A stretch of DNA of 28,745 nt, from positions 1 to 28,745 of the forward strand of contig CAZEUY010000003.1 of NCBI GenBank assembly GCA_964515525.1. Direction: 5' to 3'. A program made the translations under genes and the position numbers. The DNA comes from an uncultured Candidatus Saccharibacteria bacterium (GTDB lineage Bacteria > Patescibacteriota > Minisyncoccia > CAYZDR01). Below the pieces are notes generated by a model. The model ran no database searches, was not told where the DNA came from, and worked only from the letters and a program-made list of their open reading frames with translations. Positions 6,978 to 14,361 of the stretch are shown piece after piece (within the stretch, counting starts at the first letter, position 1; every line of letters starts with the position of its first letter).

Positions 6978-8639
6978 ATGGAAACAGAAAATAAAATAAC
7001 ATATTTTGCGAAAACGAATTTCCGTGATCAGGAAAAGGTTTTTGGGATCAAGCAAGATGATAGACGCAGGCATCTGTATATGGTTGGAAAGACTGGTATG
7101 GGAAAAACTAATCTTCTAAAAAATATGATCATTCAGGATATTCAAAATGGTCATGGAGTTGCTTTTTTAGATCCACATGGAGATGATTCAGAAGATATCT
7201 TGAACTTCATTCCGAAAGAAAGGACGAATGATGTTGTGTATTTTAATCCTGCTGATCAGAATTATCCGATAGCATTTAACATCCTTGAAGCTACCGAAGG
7301 GATGGAGAAAAAACATTTAGTGGTATCTGGATTGATGGGGGTTTTTAAGAAAATTTGGCCAGATGTTTGGAGTGCCAGAATGGAATATATCCTTAACAAT
7401 ACAATTTTAGCACTTATAGAATATCCGGGGAGCACGATGCTTGGAATCAACAAGATGTTTTCTGATAAAGAATACAGAAAGAAAGTTGTTGATAATGTAA
7501 GTGATCCGATGGTAAAATCTTTCTGGATAAATGAATTTGCAAAATATACAGATAGACTTGCAAGCGAAGCAACTGCGTCTGTTCAAAATAAAGTAGGACA
7601 GTTTTTGTCATCATCTATTATCAGAAACATTGTTGGACAGCCGAAATCAACGGTTAATGCGCGTGATATTATGGACAATCAAAAAATTCTCATAGTCAAT
7701 CTTTCAAAAGGGAAAATAGGGGAAGATAACATGAATCTTTTAGGAGGAATGATCATTACTAAATTGCAAATGGCGGCGATGGAAAGAGTAGATATGCCTG
7801 AACATGAGAGAAAAGATTTTTACCTTTATGTTGATGAGTTACAGAACTTCGTTAACGAATCATTTGCAGGGATCCTTTCTGAGGCAAGAAAATATCGTCT
7901 CAATTTAACACTGACTCATCAGTATATCAATCAGTTGCCAGATGTTATCAGAGATGCGGTATTTGGGAACGTTGGGACACTGATTACTTTCAGAGTCGGG
8001 GCAGAAGATGCGGAATTTTTGGAGAAAGAATTTGAGCCAGTGATCACAATGAATGATATTATTAATTTACCTAAATACAACATCTATTTGAAACTAATGA
8101 TTGATGGGGTTGCCAGCAATGCTTTTAGTGCAACAGCTCTTCCGCCGATGGAACCTCAAGGGAAAAGCCATTTTGATACAGTTATTAGAGTATCTAGAGA
8201 AAAATATGGTCATCGGAGAGAAAATATTGAAGAGAAGATTATTCGTTGGTCAGGAGTTTTTGAAGAGGAAGAAACACCTGAAAATTCTGATAGAGAATTG
8301 TTTAAGACGAAATGTGCGGAATGCGGGAAAGAAACATATGTGCCATTTAAGCCAGACGATAGAAGACCTGTTTACTGTGAAAAATGTTTGAAAGAAGCGC
8401 GAAGTTCAGGGAAGGTATTTTCTTTTAAGAGAAAGACCGAAAATGGGGGAGAAAACAATGAGAACAAAGTTTCTCTAAAAGATGCGTTTAACAAAGTTTT
8501 TCAAGAACGTAAAAATGGTCCTGTTCAAACAAAATCTCAATGCAAAAAAGTTGAAACGGGGGAAATTAAAAGTATGATTCAGAAAGTGATGGAAGATAGA
8601 ATTAAGAAAGAAACACAAGGTGGTCAAAATAAAACATAA
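6978..8639 (+). CDS. Type IV coupling protein-like ATPase (TrwB/VirD4/TraG/HerA-FtsK superfamily) with C-terminal CxxC-x17-CxxC zinc ribbon
   Basis: Walker A GKTGMGKT, FLDPHGD, Walker B LYVDELQNF, SEARKYRL, HQYINQL; CAECGKETYVPFKPDDRRPVYCEKC. Start moved to ATG 6978 because the ORF-track start lies inside the repeat. Confidence 0.85.
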   Translation: METENKITYFAKTNFRDQEKVFGIKQDDRRRHLYMVGKTGMGKTNLLKNMIIQDIQNGHGVAFLDPHGDDSEDILNFIPKERTNDVVYFNPADQNYPIAFNILEATEGMEKKHLVVSGLMGVFKKIWPDVWSARMEYILNNTILALIEYPGSTMLGINKMFSDKEYRKKVVDNVSDPMVKSFWINEFAKYTDRLASEATASVQNKVGQFLSSSIIRNIVGQPKSTVNARDIMDNQKILIVNLSKGKIGEDNMNLLGGMIITKLQMAAMERVDMPEHERKDFYLYVDELQNFVNESFAGILSEARKYRLNLTLTHQYINQLPDVIRDAVFGNVGTLITFRVGAEDAEFLEKEFEPVITMNDIINLPKYNIYLKLMIDGVASNAFSATALPPMEPQGKSHFDTVIRVSREKYGHRRENIEEKIIRWSGVFEEEETPENSDRELFKTKCAECGKETYVPFKPDDRRPVYCEKCLKEARSSGKVFSFKRKTENGGENNENKVSLKDAFNKVFQERKNGPVQTKSQCKKVETGEIKSMIQKVMEDRIKKETQGGQNKT

Positions 8640-8648
8640 CTTATTTTT

Positions 8649-9317
8649 ATGGAAAATCAAAAACTATTAACGAAAAAAGAAATTATTCCTATAACAATTA
8701 TTTTAGCGATGGTTGCCATTGGAATAATTTTCTTTAGTAAGATGCCACAAATGATACCATCTCACTGGAATTTTCAGGGAGAGATAGATAGTTATATGCG
8801 TAGAGATGTGTTCATCTTTTTAATTCCGGGAATTAGCATTGGGGTTTATCTTCTGATGACATTTTTGCCATTTATTGATCCGCTAAAAAGAAATGTGCAA
8901 AAATTTGCCAGCGCTTACGTCTGGATGAAAACAATCATTGTTGGATTTTTAGCTCTTCTGTTTTTCCTAATTACATACATCAGTGTTTCAGGAAAGTTTA
9001 ATTTTCCTGTCGGTATAGCTGTTACGTTATCTGTTGGAGCAATGATGATGCTAATGGGGAGGATCATGCCTCTTATAAAGAGGAATTATTTTATCGGGAT
9101 TAGAACCCCATGGACGATAGATTCAGAAGAAGTGTGGGATGCTACTCATAAACGAGCAAGATGCGCCTTTACTTTAGGTGGTGCTATTATGATTATAGGG
9201 GGACTTTTTGAAGTGATTACATTCTGGTTTTTTATCATCGCCATCCTGACTCTATTGTGGCCTGTTGCCGACTCATATTTTATTCACAGGAAAATTGCGA
9301 GAAAGATTAACGAGTAA
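8649..9317 (+). CDS. SdpI/DUF1648 family membrane protein
   Basis: IPSHWNFQGEID (DUF1648) and KRNYFIGIRTPWTIDSEEVWDATH (SdpI) motifs; multiple TM helices. Confidence 0.88.
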   Translation: MENQKLLTKKEIIPITIILAMVAIGIIFFSKMPQMIPSHWNFQGEIDSYMRRDVFIFLIPGISIGVYLLMTFLPFIDPLKRNVQKFASAYVWMKTIIVGFLALLFFLITYISVSGKFNFPVGIAVTLSVGAMMMLMGRIMPLIKRNYFIGIRTPWTIDSEEVWDATHKRARCAFTLGGAIMIIGGLFEVITFWFFIIAILTLLWPVADSYFIHRKIARKINE

Positions 9318-10582
9318 TGAAAATACTCAAAAAAGTTCAAATTGATGGTGATATTAATTCTAAGGATTTTTTGAAATTCCTTGGTTTTTGGGATAGAAGA
9401 GCTATTTTGAAAATAGCAGAAAAATTAAAAGGGAAAAAAGTTGTGCATATAAATGCAGTTTCCACAGGTGGAGGGGTAGCAGAACTTTTGAAAAGTCTGA
9501 TCCCATATCTGAATTCCTTAGGAGTAGGTAGCAGTTGGTATGCGATTGATAGTGCAGAAGTTAGTAAAGATTTTTTTCGTTTTACAAACAGACTTCACAA
9601 TGCTTTGCAGGGATCTCCCACAGATTTTGCAAATGAAGAGTGGGATTTGTATAAAATTTTGAATAGAAAAATGGCAGCTGAGCTTGTAGAGCTTGATTAT
9701 GATGTTTTGATTGCAAATGATCCTCAAATGCTTTTTACTAGAAAATATGTTGATGGTCCGGGCAAAGAAATTTATTATAGTCATATAGATACATCAACAG
9801 CAAATGGTAATGTTTGGAAAGAACTCCTGCCGATTATAAATTTGTATGAAGAAATGATATTTAGCAATAAAGATTTTGTAAACAAAGAACTAAATAGAAA
9901 GAAAATAAATATCTTTACTCCAGCGATTGATCCATTGTCATTAAAACAAAAAATTGTTTCACGCGATGAGGCAAAAAAATACTTATCTCAATTTGGGATA
10001 AAAGAAAACTTCCCTTTGATTGTTCAGGTGTCCAGGTTTGATGTTTGGAAAAATCCGTTAGGAGTAGTGGAAGCATTCAGACTTGTCCAAAATTCATGCC
10101 CAGATGTTCAATTGGCCCTTGTTGGAATTAAAGAAGCAAAAGATAATCCTCAAGCAGATAAAGTTTATCAAGACATCGCAAACATTGCTGCAGGTGATCC
10201 AAACATTTCCCTGTTTTTTAATTCTTTGGGAATAGATGATATTGCAGAATTTACTATGATGATGCAAAACGGGGCAGATGTTGTTGTCCAGAATTCTATC
10301 AAAGAAGGATTTGGATTGACGGTGACGGAAGCGATGTGGAAAAGGAAAGCAGTAATCGGGGGAATAGCGGCAGGAATCAAAAAACAAATTAAAAATGAAG
10401 AGAATGGGTTTATTACAGCTACTCCAGAAGAGTTAGCGGAGAAAATAGTTTTTTTGTTGAAAAACCCAAAAGTGGCGGAAGTGATGGGTAAAAATGCGAA
10501 AGAAAGTGTCCGAAAAAATTTTTTATTTCCAAGATTAATTTTAGATCATTTGAAATTGTATGAATCAGTACTTAATCTGTAA
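9317..10582 (+). CDS. GT4 glycosyltransferase, trehalose synthase TreT-like
   Basis: VHINAVSTGGGVAELL, DPQ, QVSRFDVWKNPLGV, KEGFGLTVTEAMWK. Confidence 0.8.
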   Translation: MKILKKVQIDGDINSKDFLKFLGFWDRRAILKIAEKLKGKKVVHINAVSTGGGVAELLKSLIPYLNSLGVGSSWYAIDSAEVSKDFFRFTNRLHNALQGSPTDFANEEWDLYKILNRKMAAELVELDYDVLIANDPQMLFTRKYVDGPGKEIYYSHIDTSTANGNVWKELLPIINLYEEMIFSNKDFVNKELNRKKINIFTPAIDPLSLKQKIVSRDEAKKYLSQFGIKENFPLIVQVSRFDVWKNPLGVVEAFRLVQNSCPDVQLALVGIKEAKDNPQADKVYQDIANIAAGDPNISLFFNSLGIDDIAEFTMMMQNGADVVVQNSIKEGFGLTVTEAMWKRKAVIGGIAAGIKKQIKNEENGFITATPEELAEKIVFLLKNPKVAEVMGKNAKESVRKNFLFPRLILDHLKLYESVLNL

Positions 10583-10606
10583 TTGATAACAAACGGACAT
10601 CAACTA

Positions 10607-10634
10607 TTGACATTTTTTCGGTATTTGATAGAAT
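10607..10634 (+). promoter_or_regulatory. Sigma70-type promoter of the non-coding unit
   Basis: TTGACA-N16-TAGAAT with extended TG; a boxA-like GTTCTTTG follows at ~10660. Confidence 0.7.
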
Positions 10635-10672
10635 AGCGATATTAGAAATTTAATAGTTCTTTGTGAATATAT

Positions 10673-10745
10673 AGGCATGTAGCTCAGTGGTGGAGCTCCC
10701 TTGTGTCAAAGAGGAAGGTCGTTGGTTCAAATCCAGCCATGCCTA
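10673..10745 (+). tRNA. Atypical tRNA or pseudo-tRNA, anticodon GTC (Asp) by position
   Basis: Acceptor AGGCATG/CATGCCT, D arm GCTC-AGTGGTG-GAGC, T arm GTTGG-TTCAAAT-CCAGC; the anticodon stem has a C-A mismatch, loop GTGTCAA, 6-nt variable loop, A73, no encoded CCA. Confidence 0.7.
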
Positions 10746-10760
10746 TTTAAGTATAAGTAC

Positions 10761-10991
10761 AGAGTCGCGTATAAGGCGTTATCTCATAGCTTTGTTGGGG
10801 GAGGAAAAAATTTCATGACCCAACGCGCGATTCTTCTACAATAAAATAAATGGCGGGAGAATAATGTGATGTGTAAAACTCACGTTATGGGGCTGACCTA
10901 AAAATCAGCCACTCGCCACCAGATATGTGGTCAATTCAATTTATGTAGCATAATCATTCATTCCGGAATATTAAATAATTGGATTGACCAC
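10761..10991 (+). ncRNA. Three further tRNA-sized structured modules (10761-10834, 10852-10921, 10927-10991)
   Basis: Each module's ends pair (9, 6-7 and 15 bp) and enclose hairpins; AT-rich linkers; no credible ORF. Confidence 0.45.
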
Positions 10992-11001
10992 TAACCCATT
11001 T

Positions 11002-11032
11002 TACAGTCTCCCAGAGGGACTGTATTATTTTT
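11002..11032 (+). terminator. Intrinsic terminator closing the non-coding unit
   Basis: TACAGTCTC-CCAGA-GGGACTGTA stem (9 bp with one GU) followed by TTATTTTT. Confidence 0.65.
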
Positions 11033-11101
11033 GTCTTCTTTTGAAATGTGCATATAAATGCATATTTTTTTATACACAACGCAATTATGTCAACACAATC
11101 G

Positions 11102-11159
11102 TTGACAAGAAGGGAAGAAAAAGAATAGAATTTTTTAATAATGCAGATTATGTTATAAT
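11102..11159 (+). promoter_or_regulatory. Promoter candidates for mnmA
   Basis: TTGACA-N18-TAGAAT (11102-11131) and extended -10 TGtTATAAT (11151-11159). Confidence 0.55.
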
Positions 11160-11171
11160 AAACATAAGATT

Positions 11172-12263
11172 ATGGATAAAGAAAAGAAAATAGCAGTTTT
11201 ATTTTCCGGAGGGGTTGACTCTGTTGTTGTGACCAAAATGATGCAGGAACAGGGGTTTTTGTGTGAGCTTTTTTTCATGAAAACGGACTTTTTTTCAGAA
11301 AATATAGTCAAAAAAGCTGAAGAATCAGCGAAGATATTGGGACTAAAAATAAATATCATTGACCTTTCAAAAGAGTTCCAACAAAATGTTATAGAATATT
11401 TTAAGAAAGAATATCAGAACAATAGGACACCCAATCCGTGTGTGATGTGCAATAAGACAATGAAGTTTGGGTTGCTGTTTGATAAAGTTAGGAAGCTGGG
11501 GTTTGATAAAATAATTACAGGACACTATGTGAAAAATTTCAAATTTCAAATTTCATCCCAAGTCATGCGACGGGACAAGAATTTCAAAAAAAACGATAAA
11601 CAGCGAACCGAGTATCAACTGGAAGTTGCGGAAGATAGAAAAAAAGATCAGAGTTATTTTTTGTGGAATTTGACGCAGGAGCAGTTGGGGTATTTAGAAT
11701 TTCCAGTTGGAGGGATGCAGAAAAGTGAAGTTATTAAAATTGCGAAAGAGTTAGGCATTCCATTCGCGGATGAAGAAAGTCAAGATATATGTTTTTTAGA
11801 TGGAGATCACAATAAGTTTTTGCAAGAACATCTAAATCTGAAACAGGGAGAAATTAAAAACAAACAAGGAGAAGTTTTAGGAGAACATTTTGGATTACCA
11901 CTTTACACGATTGGACAAAGGAGATGGATTAAGATCGGTGGGACGGGACCGTATTATGTTTTAAGAAAAGACATCTTTGAAAATACACTGTATGTGACAA
12001 ATAGTTTTGATGACCCCGATCTATATGCTGATGAATTTACGATTAGTGATGTGAATTGGATTAGTGGAAATGCGCCAAAAGCTGAAAATCTATCAGTAAA
12101 ACTTAGATATCTGCACCCAGCTGTGGATATAAAGTCTATTGAAAATAAAGAGAATGGCGAGTATAATATAGTATTAAAGGAAAAACAGAGAGCGATTACA
12201 GCGGGGCAGTCGGGAGTGGTGTATGGGGGGTGTACACTGCTTGGTGGTGGAATAATAAAATAG
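11172..12263 (+). CDS. mnmA: tRNA 2-thiouridylase MnmA
   Basis: SGGVDS, TPNPCVMCN, TGHY, KDQSYFL, ESQDICF, YTIGQR, AITAGQSGV. Confidence 0.96.
   Translation: MDKEKKIAVLFSGGVDSVVVTKMMQEQGFLCELFFMKTDFFSENIVKKAEESAKILGLKINIIDLSKEFQQNVIEYFKKEYQNNRTPNPCVMCNKTMKFGLLFDKVRKLGFDKIITGHYVKNFKFQISSQVMRRDKNFKKNDKQRTEYQLEVAEDRKKDQSYFLWNLTQEQLGYLEFPVGGMQKSEVIKIAKELGIPFADEESQDICFLDGDHNKFLQEHLNLKQGEIKNKQGEVLGEHFGLPLYTIGQRRWIKIGGTGPYYVLRKDIFENTLYVTNSFDDPDLYADEFTISDVNWISGNAPKAENLSVKLRYLHPAVDIKSIENKENGEYNIVLKEKQRAITAGQSGVVYGGCTLLGGGIIK
11535..11586. repeat. In-frame AATTTCA heptamer array interrupted by a 24-nt hairpin insert inside mnmA
   Basis: AATTTCA x3, TCCCAAGTCATGCGACGGGACAAG (11556-11579), AATTTCA. Confidence 0.8.
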
Positions 12264-12279
12264 AAAATAACCAACGGGT

Positions 12280-12535
12280 AAATTAAAAAGCTCAAATTAA
12301 AAAATCCAAAGGAATGTCAACGAGCAAATTAAAAATTAAAAATGACAAATTAAAAAGGAATATCAAAAGCTAAATTAAAAAAACAATTTGATATTTTCAC
12401 CCCGCAGGGTGATCAGCCCGCGGGCTGAGATATTTTTTCCGCCCGATACGAATATATTCGTCCGATGCGGATCAGCCTCGGGCTGAAATTCCTTTTTAAT
12501 TTTTCATTTGGATTTTGAAATTTATTTGCTTTTAA
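12280..12535. repeat. Composite nested palindromic intergenic region
   Basis: Perfect 14-bp IR 12348-12361/12488-12501 enclosing TCAGCCCGCGGGCTGA, ACGAATATATTCGT and TCAGCCTCGGGCTGA hairpins. Confidence 0.75.
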
Positions 12536-12546
12536 TATTTTTGATT

Positions 12547-14334
12547 ATGATAACTTCCAATGAACTTCGTGTAAAATATGTTAATTTTTTCAAAGAAAGG
12601 AATCATAAAACCATTCCTTCTTCTTCATTGATTCCGGAGAATGATCCGACTACTCTTTTTATTTCAGCAGGAATGCAACCACTTGTTCCGTATCTTTTGG
12701 GGCAAAAGCATTTGGAGGGGAAACGGCTTGTTGATGTTCAAAAATGTATAAGAACAGTAGATATTGAGGGAGTTGGGGATAGCTATCACCATACTTTTTT
12801 TGAGATGATAGGAAATTGGTCGCTGGGAGATTATTTTAAGGAAGATGCCATTAAATGGACATTAGAATTTTTTACAGAGTCTTTGGGGATGCCGGTTGAA
12901 AGATTGGCCGTCACATGTTTCAAAGGGAATGAAAATGTACCGAAAGATGAAGAGGCAGGGCAGATCTGGGAATCTTTAGGAATGCCAAAAGAAAGAATAG
13001 CTTTTTTGGAAGATAACTGGTGGGAAGGCGGAGGAGCTATTGGTCCATGCGGTCCATGCACGGAGATATTTTATTGGAAGTTGAATGATAAAAGCGCTCC
13101 TGAAATTTTTGATCCGGAAGATAAAAATTGGGTTGAAATTGGGAATGATGTTTTGATGAGTCATGTGAAAGAAAATGGAAGCTATAGAGAAGCTGATCAG
13201 AAAAATGTTGATTTTGGAGGAGGTTTGGAAAGAATTTTAGCTGTTCTAAATAATTTTGATGACAACTATTTAACAGATCTCTGGCAACCGATTATTAAAA
13301 AAATTGAAGAAATTTCTGGCAAAAAGTATGATGAGAATAAAAAAGAGATGAGAATTATTGCTGATCATGTGAAGGCGGCAGTGATGATTATTTCGGATGA
13401 TAAAAAAATTATCCCATCAAGGAATGATGCAGGGTATATCGTAAGACGGTTGATTCGTCGAGCTGTGCGTTATGGAAAGATGTTGGGAGTGGAAAAAAGT
13501 TTTATTCCAGACATCGCTGAAACTGTAATTAATATGTACAAAGATATTTATGAAGAAGTTGGGAGTAATAAAGATTTTGTGTTGGCAGAATTGAGGCAAG
13601 AAGAAGAAAAGTTTAGTAAAACTTTAGGTAGAGGACTGAAAATTTTTGAGAAATATGTGGAATTTATTTGGGAAGGGCAACAGGAAGATAGCTCGAAAGT
13701 GTTGATGGGTGAGGATGCATTTAATTTATACCAGTCATTTGGATTCCCGATAGAGATGATAATTGAGGAAGCGGAAAATCGTGGGATAAAAGTTGATGTA
13801 GATGGTTTTGATAGACATGAAAAAGAACACAAAGAATTAAGTAAAACAGCGTCAGCAGGGAAATTCAAGTCTGGGTTGGCGGATCATTCTGATGAGACGA
13901 CAAAACTACACACTGTTGCCCATCTTTTACAAGCATCTTTAAGAAAAATTTTAGGGGAACATGTTGAACAGCGAGGAAGCAATATCAATCCCGAAAGATT
14001 AAGATTTGATTTTTCTCATCCAGATAAAATGACAAATGAGCAAATTGTAGAAGTGGAAAATATGGTCAATGAAATTATAGAAAAAGATTTTGATGTTGTC
14101 AGAGAAGAGATGTCTTCAGAAGAGGCGAAAACAAGTGGTGCGTTGGGATTGTTCGATTCCAAATATGGAAACACTGTGAGCGTTTACACCATCAAGGATG
14201 GCAACCGAATTATTTCCAAAGAGATTTGCACAGGTCCGCATGTTTCTAAAACTGGAGAAATTGGGAAATTCAAAATCAAGAAAGAACAGTCTTCCTCACA
14301 GGGAGTTAGAAGAATCAAGGCGGTCGTGGTTTAA
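12547..14334 (+). CDS. alaS: Alanine--tRNA ligase, short form without C-Ala domain
   Basis: TLFISAGMQPL, HHTFFEMIGNWSLGDYFK, GPCGPCTEI, IADH, editing HTVAHL and CTGPHV, GVRRIKA at C-terminus; start taken at ATG 12547. Confidence 0.95.
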   Translation: MITSNELRVKYVNFFKERNHKTIPSSSLIPENDPTTLFISAGMQPLVPYLLGQKHLEGKRLVDVQKCIRTVDIEGVGDSYHHTFFEMIGNWSLGDYFKEDAIKWTLEFFTESLGMPVERLAVTCFKGNENVPKDEEAGQIWESLGMPKERIAFLEDNWWEGGGAIGPCGPCTEIFYWKLNDKSAPEIFDPEDKNWVEIGNDVLMSHVKENGSYREADQKNVDFGGGLERILAVLNNFDDNYLTDLWQPIIKKIEEISGKKYDENKKEMRIIADHVKAAVMIISDDKKIIPSRNDAGYIVRRLIRRAVRYGKMLGVEKSFIPDIAETVINMYKDIYEEVGSNKDFVLAELRQEEEKFSKTLGRGLKIFEKYVEFIWEGQQEDSSKVLMGEDAFNLYQSFGFPIEMIIEEAENRGIKVDVDGFDRHEKEHKELSKTASAGKFKSGLADHSDETTKLHTVAHLLQASLRKILGEHVEQRGSNINPERLRFDFSHPDKMTNEQIVEVENMVNEIIEKDFDVVREEMSSEEAKTSGALGLFDSKYGNTVSVYTIKDGNRIISKEICTGPHVSKTGEIGKFKIKKEQSSSQGVRRIKAVVV

Positions 14335-14361
14335 TATTATTAGACAAAGAAAGCAATAATT

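Noticed and set aside
5566-8639. Integrated conjugative element or prophage
   Set aside because: No integrase, relaxase, VirB, terminase or capsid genes and no att-like direct repeats; flanks are housekeeping genes.
10673-10991. Identification as tmRNA, SRP RNA, 6S RNA or RNase P RNA
   Set aside because: No tmRNA 5' GGGG/T-loop-CCA end or tag frame, no SRP GGAAG-AGCAG core, no long 6S rod, no RNase P P4 motifs visible; a cmscan would be decisive.
10984-11193. 69-aa ORF between the ncRNA unit and mnmA
   Set aside because: TTG start, crosses a terminator and promoter, low-complexity translation.
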